A stretch of DNA of 63,076 nucleotides, the filler included, from Collodictyon triciliatum (lineage: Eukaryota): the NCBI GenBank assembly GCA_043381765.1. It is 19 parts of 19 records of this genome, joined end to end, with 100 filler letters (N's around TTAATTAATTAA, not from the genome) between each part and the next. Parts side by side here need not be neighbours in the genome. Positions count along the whole stretch, not along the records: positions 24,366 to 27,504 come from JBHJMP010007740.1; positions 27,605 to 30,745 come from JBHJMP010007741.1; positions 30,846 to 33,981 come from JBHJMP010007742.1; positions 34,082 to 37,217 come from JBHJMP010007743.1; positions 37,318 to 40,453 come from JBHJMP010007744.1; 14 more parts are not named here. One strand, 5' to 3'. The translations under genes were made by a program, and so were the position numbers. The notes below the pieces were generated by a model. It was given only the letters and a program-made list of their open reading frames with translations. It was not told the origin of the DNA and made no database searches. This document shows, one piece after another, positions 24,746 through 38,358 of the stretch (position 1 is its first letter; each line of letters opens with the position of its first letter).

Positions 24746-27276
24746 CCCTGCCATCATAAGCATACACACACGAGAAGTAATGACAAAGATACGTGCCTCT
24801 GAAAAAACACGCTGTGTTGTTCACTTCTCTGTCTTCTTTCTCGTTTATGATGCACATGTGAGCTTTGTGGATACCTCACGTCACCGTACATTCATAACTT
24901 TACCCACTTTCTTGCAACATGTTCATCAAAGACCGTATCAACGTTCGGAGGAGCACATACTTACACTTTATGACTTTACGGAGCACTTTGATTTTCTGCG
25001 GGTTCTTTGGCCTGAAGGGAGAATCGATCTATGCTGGTTGATGACCCACGAAGAGTTTTTTCCTGGTGACAAAGGTTAGTTGGTGCTCATATTTCTTCTG
25101 GTACCTTTGTCACGCCTTTTTTTTTTAAAAAAAAAAAAAAAAAGTAAAAGAGAATGAAAAATAATGACCTTTTTTTGCTACTTAATGAGCAGACATGTTC
25201 CTATTTCTCGCCCTGTATTTAACCTTTCCTTCCGTGATTATGCAGTGTTTACATATGGAGAGGAAGCAAGAAAAGCTTACATTATCATACATGGCAAGGT
25301 GGAAACACAGGACAGTATGTTTATCCTATTCATCAACTTTTTATTAATTTTGTTCTTATATTCATCCCATATTCCCAGCTATGACAAATGAACTTGTTGT
25401 CTTATCATCTGGTGATTACTTTGGGGATGATTGTCTGGTTAAAATGGAACCGAGGTGAACTCATGGAAGAAAAACTCATTTATTTGCCATCGTCGTTGTG
25501 TCACTGTTGTTCCACGAGTGAACTAATCATAAAAAAAAAAATCTGAACCTCGAATAAAATGAGCAGAAAAACGATGGCAAAATGTCTGGAGCGTTGCGAC
25601 CTTCTTGTGATTGACCGGCGTCATTTTGTGCGAGAGATGAAGGTACATTCATTCCATCGTTACCTAGGAAATCCACTTCTTAGTCCAATTCGAACCCAAC
25701 TGCTGCTTGAAATAACTTATATAGAAATAAAAATTTCATTCGCGATGCTTTTAATCATGCGCTATTTTAAAAAAAGATTTCATGAGTAAGCACCTTATCA
25801 TCATGACTCATGGTACAGGCTCAAGAGGTGATGAAACAGGATGAAGGTTCAAAGCAAACAGTCCAGTCTTTGCTAAATGTTGATGAATTGCAAACATTCA
25901 GTCCTCAACATATATCAAAGCTTTCAGGAGGATGTGTGGAGAACACCTTCAGCATCGGAACAAGTATGTTTTTTTTCTTTAAAAAGATACATAGTCAGGA
26001 TGACTGAAGGAAACTTCAAACGAGAAAGCGATTTCATTTGCCAGCTGTCCGGTATGGATTATGGAAAATATTTATGCAGTAAATCTGATTTCGTATAGTC
26101 ATATACCAAGCAGGTGCGCCATCAGAAAATGTATTTATATTAATCAGCGGTCAATGCAAGGTTCCAGATTTATTTCTATCACTTTAGGCATTCTTGTTTC
26201 ATGCATCCCATGAAACAGATACAATGAAGAAGAAAAAGAAAGGGCGTGAAAGTTGGATTCAATTGCTTCTTTTTTCTAGTACATGGACACAACGCAGTAT
26301 GTGCGTCAAAAAAATATGAGGGTATGCCCTTTGCAAATATGTCTAATTTATATCTGAAAGAGTTTATTATTTCGTCTCTGCGCTTTTCTTGATGTTGTAT
26401 TTACTTTTTTTTTTCCAGGTAATTCGCTTTCAGGACATGAAATCTGTCGTAAGTAGTTATGCTCTCTGATAAAAATCTTTATATACTCATTTTGAACCTT
26501 TTTGACGGTTGTTTTTTTTTTTTTTTTGAAATATCAGAGTTTGTATCCCCTTATTTTTTTGACTCATTTTTATTTATTTGTAGGATTTGACAGTGATTCC
26601 AGAGGGACAAATGTTCGGTGACATAGAAATTCTCTTCCGTTGTCCCCGATTGTTTACTGTTGTTGCATTGTCAACAGTCCGCGTCTTTGTTATTCCAAGA
26701 AAGGACTTTTTTTCAAGTAAGAACGAGAAAAAAATAAAAAAAAATTAATACATAAGGCAGTGATGGCACTGGATTATAATAGAAGGATGAAATATTACAT
26801 TTCATAACACCGATAGGGAAAGGCGGCTTGTGGTTATTACTTAGTTCGTTCTAGGGAATATATACATGAATAAGTGAAGAAACTAATGTACAGATAATTT
26901 TCAAACCTAAGGACTTCCTGTTCAGTTAACAGACGATTTGCGCCATTTGGCAAGGAAAAAATTCCGCTGGTTGATGGAACGCTCCAAATATCTCGATGAC
27001 CAAAGGTGAAACGTAAACCCAACCAATCTTTGCAAAATCTGAATGAGAAAAAGCAGAAAAGAAAATAATAATAAGAACATTATCTGTCCAATATTTCCCT
27101 CAAGCAATGCCAAAAATTAATTTTGTCCTGAGTTCCCATAAAATCTATCATAAACTTTAAAAATAATAATTAGTCACGAGCACTCCAAAGTGGTTGACCG
27201 TCTCAATTTCATGAACGAAGTTATAGCTGTTGAAAAGAACGAGACAGCTGAAACACCAGAGGCAGAGTTTGCCCGG
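24512..27276 (+). CDS. Tandem cyclic-nucleotide-binding domain protein (CNBD-like), 3' partial
   Basis: Two cNMP folds are spread over many exons: VFTYGEEARKAYIIIHGKV...SGDYFGDDCL...R...AKCLERCDLLVIDR, and IYQAGAPSENVFILISGQC...EGQMFGDIEIL...PRLFTVVA. Confidence 0.8.
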
Positions 27277-27414
27277 GTTGACTCTTTACCTGATATCCAT
27301 CACCCGAATATGATAGATTTATCATTTGCGTCTCATTTTTTTTATTTTTTCTTGTTTTTTGTTATTTTTTCTTGTTTTTTGTTTTTGTTTTTTTGTTTTT
27401 GTTTTTTTGTTTTT

Positions 27415-27504
<90 letters not shown>

Positions 27505-27604
27505 NNNNNNNNNNNNNNNNNNNNNNNNNNNNNNNNNNNNNNNNNNNNTTAATTAATTAANNNNNNNNNNNNNNNNNNNNNNNNNNNNNNNNNNNNNNNN
27601 NNNN

Positions 27605-27990
27605 GCACACTGGAAGAATGATTCAGCATTCTGTTTTTTTTCGCCTATGGATCGTCTCACTTTCTGGCTGATCGGAAAACATGTAGCGGCTTCCTTTCCA
27701 CATGTCGTCCTCGGTTTCCTCTCTGCTTCTGTGATCGATGGGCGGTTGCGCCAAAGGCCTTTCTGCCAACAAAAATAAAAGGAAAGGCTCAATAGGTTTA
27801 ACACGAGCGATCGGAGCTTGGCCAAACAGAATGTGAGGCAGGAGACAAAGCCAAAGTGTGCGCCACTGCAGGGCCGTGTTTTTTGACTTTCGACAAAAGA
27901 TCGTGGTTGCGCGGGTTGTTTGCTGCTTTGAAGAAGATTGGCGGAGCGACTATGCAAGATCGCTGGCTTTGATGTAAGTGCAAAAAAAGG
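27605..27990 (-). repeat. tRNA-Gly-associated dispersed repeat, copy 1 (truncated by contig end)
   Basis: Its reverse complement matches 38359-38722, with about 8 substitutions and one 22-nt indel by manual comparison. Confidence 0.9.
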
Positions 27991-28061
27991 TGCATTGTCC
28001 GGGAATCGAACCCGGGTCGACAGCTTGGAAGGCTATCATGCTGCCACTACACCAACAATGC
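27991..28061 (-). tRNA. tRNA-Gly(TCC), copy 1
   Basis: Exact reverse complement of 38288-38358, followed by a T7 Pol III terminator. Confidence 0.95.
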
Positions 28062-29048
28062 TTCTTGATTGCCACCCATTAATAATATATATAATTATTA
28101 GCTCATTTCTTTACTGTGCTTTCCCTAATTGGTAATTCTGGCACCAGACCCGAAGAAAACATGGGATATCCAAACTGGAAGATAGTCCTAATTAGGTCAG
28201 GACAATGGGCTCACCAGAAAATTATTTCCTATTATGGACATACTCGCCACGACCCGAATTGAGGGCATTCTGTTGGCAGAAACTGGATTGGTTTGGATAA
28301 GCCGCCTGCGGCCGAGGCCGTGGCTTGAAAAAGGATGACGCACGTTGCTTGTGGGAAGAAAAATGAGTGGTTTGTGACAAAAAAAAAATTGTAAGTCCTT
28401 GGGTGGGGCAAGAAAGAAAAACTGAGTGTTGCAACTTCGATCTGAAATTTTACTGGGAATGAAATTCAGTTGGCTTTTCCCACATATAAATAAAGGGAAT
28501 CAAACGGCAATAGCGATAGTTTTTTTTGCAGCATAAAGCGCGCAAGCCCATTACAGTGTGCTGCTTCTGCTATGCCGCGATGTTGTGATATGAACCAAAG
28601 CTTCATAGCCTCGCGAGGGAAACCAATAGCCCCACACCCAGAGCAAAAGTACTCGGAATCACCTGTGACTTTTCATCCTTTTTTTTTTTTTTTTTTTGCG
28701 GGGGTAATGACTGTGCATGGCCTGTGAGTGTCGGAAGTGGTCACACCGCAATGATTTTGACTATGTCACGAGACAGATTGAGTGTCCTTCCTTTCCACGC
28801 AAAGAAAGCATTTTAGTTGGAAGATAGTAGTCGAAAAAACTCACAGCATGCTGTGGGTCATTGTGCTCTAAACCAACGGATGATATGAATGATGGTGGAT
28901 AGAATGAAGTATCGAAATATTGGATGATGACAACCCCCTATTTTCCAATAAATATTAGAACTCTTTTTTTTCCTCACCACGTCATGCCAGTTAGACAAAA
29001 AAAAAAACTAGAAGGATCCGCATCTGAAGTTGGGCCAAAGGAATTGTC

Positions 29049-30649
29049 GTGTGGCACAAGAGAATGTCGTATGATACAGAGTTGAACAGACTGAAGAAAG
29101 AGACTGGCGGGACTGACTATGACAAGTTGAACCAGGATGTGAAGCGCATGTCTCTCTCTTCCACAGCATCGGCTGGATTGATGGACATTGGAGACTTGTC
29201 TGCCGTCTGGAATAGGAATGAGAATGTTCAGGACGCTGATGCAGTCGTTCTCCGTGAAGTGGAGGCAAAATTCCAGACGAACAAATGGCTTACATTTCTG
29301 GTTGGACGCTTGTCTTTTTCTCAGCCTTTTTATTTTTGTTTCTTTTTTTTCCTTTTTTTTTCATATCTCAATATTTAGTCTTACATTCCCGAGAATTATG
29401 ATAACTAAACTGCTCGAATTATAAATATATCACATCATAGAGAGGAGCTTTCTCACAATTATATATCCATGATTAGGATTCTGCTGCGGAGGACGAATTT
29501 TTGGCCAAGCTATTCTACTCTGCCACAAAGATACACCGCTTATTCTGTTATATTGTCATCGCAATCATGTTAATTTTCTCTGGATTACAATTCACCTACC
29601 CGGACGGACCAAACATGGTGATTGTGTACATCACTTGGGAGTTGCTGCATTTCTTGCTGTGATTCTAGTGTTATCATGGCAAACGTAAGTAGATAACTTG
29701 TGGCCCAGCTGAAATGAATGTGTTTGCGTAGTGCAACTTCTGACAAATCTTGATATCCCAGGTGGTTTCCCGACTATCAAATGAAGATAGTTTATTCGGC
29801 ATTATGCGTTATTTTGACGGCATTTTGCGTCCAGAGGCGCTTCGCTAACTTTGAAGCCTATGAAACATACTCCTTAAGCTTGAACGATGAGTGCTTTCTC
29901 TATCTCATCTACCTATTTGGTGATTATGCCATATTCATGTCTGTACGCCTCCCATTCAAGGTATGCAATAATATCTACTATATTACCACTGAATTTTATG
30001 CTTATCATCCCCGTAAACCACCATTTCACACATACTTTCGGGAAAAAAAGATATCGATACGGATTTACACATTCTGTGCATTTGCATTTCTCCTTGTGAT
30101 TGGTTTTTTTCCGGTCATCAATCCTGTACGCTATTTTGTCGCCATGTTCAGTATGCTTATCGGGGGAGTTTCAGTCGGACTAACAAGCTACAAAAATGAA
30201 CTTCAATATCGGAACCTAGAGGTAAAATTGCGATTCTTTTCTGTGCATGATTTTTAAAATAATCAAATCATCTCGCTTCAGCAAAACTACTGATACACTA
30301 TAATGATTAGGCTAAAAAAATTCTCAATTAATATGAGTACAATCACTATTTTGTTGACGCAATCTATTCATCTTGCGTGGATTTCTATGAAAACCCCCTT
30401 TCTTTTTTCATAAACATCTGACATGGTAAAAATAAACAGAAAAGGAGAGCTGTTGTTCTAAGGCATACCGAGGAAGTTGTCAAGGAGAAGCTTGTTACTG
30501 TATTTTTTTTCCTTACCTCAGTTTTCTATTATCTCTATATTAATTTAAAAGACTTACTAAATCCTGTAAATATCTTAATTTGATAGGAAAAGCTACTACT
30601 CAACATTCTGCCAAATAAAATAGCAAAAAGATTGATGGAAGGAGATGAG
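29049..30649 (+). CDS. Multi-pass membrane class III adenylate/guanylate cyclase, N-terminal part
   Basis: Several hydrophobic exons lead into KLVT|EKLLLNILPNKIAKRLMEGDE, the helical linker that precedes class III cyclase domains. The catalytic domain is not in the contig and the start is uncertain. Confidence 0.7.
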
Positions 30650-30845
30650 GTCTTGCTCATTAGAAATTTATACATTAATTTTGTATGTGGTGGCCCCAGG
30701 AAGCCTCAGCGATTTTTGCTTTTATAATTATTTTTTTTCATTTAANNNNNNNNNNNNNNNNNNNNNNNNNNNNNNNNNNNNNNNNNNNNTTAATTAATTA
30801 ANNNNNNNNNNNNNNNNNNNNNNNNNNNNNNNNNNNNNNNNNNNN

Positions 30846-33720
30846 TAGAACCACAGCACCTTCGACCAGCAACTTATTTCCTCAGTCGAAAAAAAGCAGC
30901 ACACTTTACTCATAACCACCCAAATTGCACCTCTGGACTGATAATACAAGGAGGCTTTTCGAATCAGAGAAATATAATACTTGACTGGGAAATTGATGAA
31001 TGAGTGAGTGAGAGTATTGGAAGAAGTTAGTCTAGGACAAACCCTCAAAGTCAGAATCCAATCTAACTGGAAACCAAAACATGTATTGAAAATTAGTGCC
31101 GAAATCCTCGTTGACGAGAATCGAATTGCGTTCTCTTCTGTCAATAGGAATTAACCAAACACCTTCTGTTTTATCTGCCTTTGAGGTCAAGACTAATTTC
31201 AAAGCCTGAGATAATGCTTCGACTAATAAATCCATTACGAGCATTCCTCGCCAGCTCCTTACTGAATTAAAAAATGCAGGCTCTGTTACAGGGCTCAGAT
31301 ATACTATCACGTCATCTCAATTTCCCGTCATAGTATCATAGTCACCTCCTTATCAAAAATATTCCAAAAGTAAATCTACGAAGTCCTTCTTAAAAGTGAA
31401 AGGAGAGAATAGATAATGGAATGGGACAATATAAAATGACAGGTGAGATTTGAGGAAGAAAATGAGGGGAGGAGAGTTCGACGACAATTTTCAATCAGCA
31501 AACACATTTAGGTCTCTTCTGAACCTTTCTTCATTATTTATGCGCACTATGTTTTGTTTTTCCCACAATTAAATCCCAGTATAATCTCTTCATACAGGAA
31601 AAGAATTTATCCCACTCAAAGTATTATGAGAGATTATGGGTGTGGTCAAGGATTGCGCAAGAGACTGAATACAGATGAGGGTGAATAGAGATGAATGATG
31701 GAAAACCAGTAATATAGAGGTTGAATGAGATAGGTCCTGTCGGAATATGTCTGGATTTATCATTATATTTGACATAGCAGCGCATAAAGTAAATGAAGAA
31801 AGGAGTTCATGAAGAGACATCACATTTGAAATTGCGATGAAAATGGATTGCTGAAAGAGTCATCGTTGTGGGTTAGGGTAGAGGAGCGTTTAAGACACCA
31901 TCAATAACAAGAGTATGGACAGATAAATCTGCAATACATTTTGTCATGATGATTCGCTCCAACTAATTGAGGTAGCAATGGGTGGTTGACAGAAGCGAGA
32001 GTATCGGGAGGATGTTGTCATTATTTAGTAGGGGTGGGAATAACAAAATATGCGGATATTGAAGGGATATTGTCTGATTGACGGAAGAAAATGAGTGGGT
32101 TTCTCAATCAAATAAATAAGAATGAATGAGTATTATGAATGAAACAGATAAAAAAACATATGTTAGCATGTATAAATAATTTGATAAATAAAAAGTATGT
32201 GAGCCTCTCATGAGATGAAAAATTTGGTGATATTTAGGGGATATTGGAGTTCGACAAAAAAAAAATATTGGGCAAAAAGAAAACCGTCAATCGCCGTAAA
32301 TGTTGTGGAATGAGTGATTGAATGACACATTGAACTCAAATATGACGAAAGAGGCTCTTTGAAAAAGAATTACATAGAGATTGAATAGTGATACACGGAT
32401 AAGTAGCGATCTGTGCTTTGGATGTGACCAGGAATCCGGATGAGTTTTAATGTAATATTTACTGCTTTTGTAACAAATGAATGAAAATTATTCACATCTA
32501 TCTTAAAGAGAAGTAAATATTCCAACCCATACACAATCTTATACAAGAGTTTTCGTCAAGTATATTAATTGCAATATGGTAACCACCCTTCCCATCCCTA
32601 ACAATCCAATGCACGAGAGTAGCGCCACGAGATAATTAAAATGCAATGAAGGGTGGATAAATAAATAAATAAATATTGGTGATGTTGAGAAATGTTCTAA
32701 AATGTCTAAATCTACATGACGATAATCCATACAAAAAAAAAACATGATTAAGTGATTTCTGTTATGATTATCCTCATTAAAATAGAGATAAGATATGTAA
32801 GATATATGTTCGGCGTTACGGTCACAGTAATCTTACTCTTCACCGCATCCCACTTCGCCGACATACCATGAGCTTTTGGTAATGCAATCTGCGTATTCAA
32901 TAATTTTTCATAGACAGCAGATAAACATGGATTTGGTTAAAAACTAAAAGGCTTAAGATCGGCTTTACTTTCTCAAACAAACACATAGAAAAGGAAAAAA
33001 AAGGAGTCGCTACCACATACGATGCCAGCTTCCAAAAGAAAAGGTAAAAAGAACATAAAAATAAAAATAAAAGTTAGATTGTTCAAAAAAACCTTTTAAA
33101 AAAGAAAAGGGAAGCGACAAAAGGATCGAGAACTAATTACTAGGTTTGAGAATATTTTTTCTATAGAAGAACAAACTTATATTCTATCAAGCAGCAGATA
33201 AACCCCACGCTATGGACAAGGTGAAATCTGTTGTCTGCGTCTCAATGGGGCGAGTTTTGGCCGCACTCAAGGATCCACGCAGCGCGTTTGGCGAAGGCAG
33301 ATTATTTCGGGCTTCGCTTGCCGTCTGTTTATGGCACACTACATTTTATTCTGAAGAGGAAATAGCCAACGAGATACGGTACAGACATTCCCATCTGTCA
33401 AATTTCAATTTCTGGGCAAGAGCATCGAACAACCTGCGCGCATGGTTACTGACATCAATGGAATATGATTTTTCAAACAGCCAGTAGATTTACAAGCCAT
33501 CCATATCATTATAATAGTCAATTAATTGTTATTAAATTAAATTCCGTATTTGAAATATCGTCTGATTTTTTTCGATCCTTCTTTTTTAAGAGCTCCGCAA
33601 GAATAATTTCCGTTTTCCAGCGAAGCCTAACCGAAAAAAAAAAGAGGAAGAAGGAACTCAAACCAAAGAATGCGATCCCCCTTCGGCTGCCACAGGAACT
33701 GTTGCCCCCGATCCTGCATA
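30846..33720 (-). CDS. Hypothetical multi-exon gene (unrecognised)
   Basis: Several short GC-richer open segments are bounded by GT/AG (e.g. VYLSPVTEPAFFNSVRSWRGMLVMDLLVEALSQALK at ~31165-31305). The full model was not resolved. Confidence 0.3.
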
Positions 33721-33920
33721 GAAAGCGCATTGAAAGCGCCTTCCTTCTCACTAGCCGATGACTTTTACTTCAATCGATCACAATTGCCCTTTCTTTCTTT
33801 TTTTTCTCTCTTTCATTTATCACTCTAAAGTTTAAGAAGCCAAAGGACGATTTGTTGCTTTTGTATGTTACTGCCACTTACTTTGCGCTACATGAAGGTA
33901 GACTTTGGCGGGTTATTGTT

Positions 33921-33981
33921 ATGGCCAAAACATCAGGCCGTGTCCTCTCTGCCTCTGAAATGGAGTTTCTTTCAGAGGATG
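33921..33981 (+). CDS. GINS2: Probable GINS subunit Psf2, first 20 codons
   Basis: MAKTSGRVLSASEMEFLSED resembles the Psf2 N-terminal SxxExEFLAED motif. The fragment is very short and cut by the contig end. Confidence 0.5.
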
Positions 33982-34139
33982 NNNNNNNNNNNNNNNNNNN
34001 NNNNNNNNNNNNNNNNNNNNNNNNNTTAATTAATTAANNNNNNNNNNNNNNNNNNNNNNNNNNNNNNNNNNNNNNNNNNNNCCAAATATAGTATCAGCGA
34101 ACGGTTTCCGGGAGAAATTTCGAGATTGCAGGGTTAAAG

Positions 34140-34181
34140 TGATATCAATATATACTTAATATTAAGTATATATTGATATCA
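34140..34181. repeat. Perfect 42-bp AT-rich palindrome
   Basis: TGATATCAATATATACTTAAT|ATTAAGTATATATTGATATCA, with no spacer and no mismatch. Confidence 0.95.
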
Positions 34182-34568
34182 TGTAATGAAAACTATTTCG
34201 TTTCTTCCCCTTTGTTTCTTGGAGATGTGTTTTCTAATCTTTCAAACACCCAAAAGTCCAAAGAGATGTAAAGGCGAAGCAGAAAAGAAGGGTGTTTATA
34301 TCTCACAAAAGCTCAACTAAGCCACTGGTGTAATTGACCATGTTAAATCCCTCGTGACTCACGCTACCTCTCCTTGTCTATTCACCACAATATCTTATTC
34401 GATCGGTGTTCCAGTTCCTCTTCTTATTCTTTCCTTCTCTCTTTCTTTAGGCGTTTTCTTCTTCTGTAGCAAAACATTCGATAGCCACTGAGTTTTATTG
34501 CGTAGTGTTTTATAAAAAGCCCCTACCCATAATCACACAACGCTCGGGAGAGATCAAATCCTGGGTCG

Positions 34569-36962
34569 ATGCAAACAAACTACCACGTGGCTGAGTGGAA
34601 GCTGACATATACCCCAGACTTGTCGACAGGTAGCGTTTTCAACCCTAACTGACCTCTTGCTTCTCCAAGCCACGCTCACACCATCATTCACGCAATATTC
34701 TTTCATTCTCTTTCATTTTTCTCCCTTTTTCTCTTTCCCTAATTGCTTTGGTCAGTGAATCCTGTTCTAAGCCAAATGGACTCCCTTCCTTCCTATTTCT
34801 TTGCTTTTTTTTTATTTAAAAAAAAAACAATTATTTTCTTTTTTTTTCCCTACCAAGGTGACCTATGTGTACAGGAGGAGATTGCATACATCCACCAGGA
34901 GATTGTCTCACGGCATTCTCGTCAGATTTACTGCCCCTCATTGACGGTTGACTTAATCTCCATCACATGCCCCCAGGACCCGACCGTAGCTTTTCACAAA
35001 CAGGTTTGAACGGGGCAATATTTTTCTTGAGTTATCCCTTCCGCTTACCTGACTGAATATCATGTCATGTAAGGAAAAAAAAAACTAGTTGTGACAATTC
35101 TGCCGGACTGAATATCATTTATAGTTTATTTTTCTATCAGTCTCTTTTCGTCATTATAATATTTTTAAACTAATAAACTCTTCTCCCTTTGATATGAAAT
35201 TTGTTCCAAATAACAGGCTTTTGTAATTTTCTTGAAAACTTTGGTTTAAAATAGCCATTATATGTGTAGATGCAAACCTGTTCTGAATTTCGCTTTCACT
35301 GGGCATTTTCGGCTACCAAGAAACCGCGGACTTTTGTTATTGTTTATAAGGTAAACAAAGGAGTCGGGTTCAGCAAGGAAACGCAGTTAGACTTCTTAGA
35401 TATCAAGGCGCTCTATGGACGTTGGAGGGTTGGTTTTTCTTTTTCCTTTACTTATAATTCTTCTCTGGCGATGTTTTGTATTTCATACCAATTTCAAATT
35501 GTGCAATTAAATTATTAATATTTTTTTATTCCTAGCTTGAAAAAAAAGTATTATACAAATTCCTAGCCATGAAATCCTCCCAGCTAACATATATTAAAAA
35601 AAAATGTAAAAATAATCTAGTGTCCAATACGTTACTTGTGTTTGGAGATTGTTTTACCAAAGCGCGTATCAGTGGCAGAGAAAAATATCATGATGGGAAA
35701 AAATTTCTTCAAAGAATTATCGATATCTTCGAAGCAGAACCACGTCCTTTCATTCGTTTTAAAGAATATATCGGGTGAGGCGTTTGTCAGCATCAAGGCG
35801 TCTTGGATAGGTTTGCAATTTCCATAAAGAATCTAAATCAAGACTCTTTCTTTCTAGAGTTACTCCAATTTATAACACGCATCAATATCATCTTTTTGAC
35901 TTCTATTCAGACCCTACAGCACTGGAGCATCTTACGGCACCTGAGCAGCAGAAAATCAAACTAGCCATATACTCAAAGTCAAAATCAGAACGTGTTTTCC
36001 CTCCAGAATATTGGCATGATGGTCTTGAAACATCTCAAAAGGCTGATGAGCTTAAGTTCCAGGCAGAGTCCAGCCAATGTATAAACACTGGTTTTTATTT
36101 TACTTCTTTATGACTGGGCCAATTTTATCCGACATACAACACGTTGTCTTGCTCTACATCCGCCGTGCTCACATTGTTCCTGTAGCACTAAGAAGCTAAC
36201 GATATTAATTCTCTCGCAGGGGAGTACCTCCGACCCGTCACTGCACGACAAGATCAAGACATGGACTCACGATATGTATCGCACACTGATTACCTTTCTA
36301 GACCAGATTCTTTGCTAATACCTCCCACATCAGATGCTCTTGCTCTTTTGTTGCATTCGGATCTCTTCCACAAGGTTCTCTCCCCCGAGTACAGCACCAC
36401 CCTAGATGCTGAGATGATGAGGTCGCAGCAAGCGATGAAACATCATCAAGACTACGTTGAACGTGAAGGAAAAGGAGACACATCCCATACTATTTCTAAC
36501 AATATACCCGAACAGACTTCACCGCGCACAGAGCCACACAGCTCTCGAAATCACACGATGGAGGCGAAAGCAATGGAAGGCCAATCTATTCACGAACAAA
36601 TCGAGGCAGAATTAAACGCTTCAATCAATCATGTCCAAAGGGAAGTGAAATTGGAATCAAAGCTCGAGGGGACGTTGGGGGAAGATAAGGAATCAAAATC
36701 CCAACCGGGCTCGAGTCTTTTGAAGGATAACAGCAGTCATGATTCAGACTTCGATTCGGAGACTCTGCTAGATTCTCCGCCTGAGCGTGCCCCCAACCAA
36801 ACAACAATGCCAAAGAACAAACTGCCGCCTAACAAAGTCGACTCTGATTCAGAAAGCCAGACCGAAAGTGATTTTGACAGCGACTCGGACACGGATTCTC
36901 TACCCAAACCAATCGCTAAGCAAACTCCTCAACCAAAGCCTGACTCTGAGACTGAGAGCGAC

Positions 36963-37036
<74 letters not shown>

Positions 37037-37097
37037 AAGCGAGAGTGAAAGTGAGAGTGTCTCAGAGGAAATCGAAGATGAGATGGAGGGATTTTGA
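34569..37097 (+). CDS. Hypothetical protein with acidic, (ES)n-repeat C-terminus
   Basis: Six GT-AG exons join in frame (MQTNYHVAEWKLTYTPDLSTG|DLCVQEEIAY...). The last exon contains (GAAAGT)n encoding ESES and ends with TGA at 37097. Confidence 0.6.
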
Positions 37098-38287
37098 GTT
37101 AAACTTTTCCCTCTCCTGACAGAACCTATAAAATATGTGCCCAGACAATATGATGAATAAAACAACCCGCCAACATCTTCACCATCCTGCACAAAATTGA
37201 AAGGAAGAATAAAAAAANNNNNNNNNNNNNNNNNNNNNNNNNNNNNNNNNNNNNNNNNNNNTTAATTAATTAANNNNNNNNNNNNNNNNNNNNNNNNNNN
37301 NNNNNNNNNNNNNNNNNAATATTACCCCATTGGTTTGTTTTCTTTGCCGATTAAAAAAGTTTAATTTCTTTTTATTTTTTTTCTTTTCCCCCCCCCCCCC
37401 CCCATTTCGATCGGTTATATGAATGAAAAATACTATACAAATCAATCAAACTTACTCTACCAATCCATAGCTCTCTCCTTCATTTATTTTCTGCTTCCAC
37501 TATGATATTGTTTTTTTAAACAACTGTATATTTTACCTTTACATTTTTCTGGTCTACAGTATTCAAATGTGAAATCAAAAATACCCTGCCAGGTATGACC
37601 AGACAAAAAAATGCCAGGAAAGCCCACCCCCAGAGTGGGAGGATTTGACAATTCAGGACACGAAAAGAAACACGCGTTCCCTGGCATGCAGTCTCCTGTG
37701 AACAAGTCTTTCGTAGAATCTCCTTTTTTTCTTGTCAATCGAGAAGCAAAAAGTGCTTTGAAGAAACTGCAGGAAGGAAGATTACCTGCTTGATTGCAGA
37801 GCATTCTATTTTCGTTCCATTAATTCTCTATCATATAACCGTAAAGTGCATTTGTACGCACCAATTTTTAAAACATTATCTCCCTTATGCTCCTTCACTT
37901 TCCTTATTTTGAACTTTCCTAAATAAAATATCGCATAAAATGCTGGTGAGATGAACCCTTCATGCGAGAGAGCACAACTGAAACGGATTCACACTAGTAT
38001 CTTAATGGTCGAATTATTTTTCAACTAAAAAAAAATAAATCAATAATAATAATAAGTTGGGCACCATCCTAGCGCAACACTAAATGAGAGTTACAAAGTT
38101 GCGGAGGTTCTGCTGCGGTAACCTGTGCCCCCTAATATTTGCTCCGCCCATGATATCACGAATACTGGCATCCTCGCTGGTAATCGCTTCATTAGTTACT
38201 AGGGAGAGAAAAAGACAGGGAAAATCAGAAGCAATAATTGTATTTTTATTGAATCTTATACATATAAATCTTCCACTATCACAAGGA

Positions 38288-38358
38288 GCATTGTTGGTGT
38301 AGTGGCAGCATGATAGCCTTCCAAGCTGTCGACCCGGGTTCGATTCCCGGACAATGCA
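38288..38358 (+). tRNA. tRNA-Gly(TCC), copy 2
   Basis: 71-nt cloverleaf: GCATTGT/ACAATGC acceptor stem, ATAGC-CTTCCAA-GCTGT anticodon arm, CCGGG-TTCGATT-CCCGG T arm. A TTTT run lies 6 nt downstream. Confidence 0.95.
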
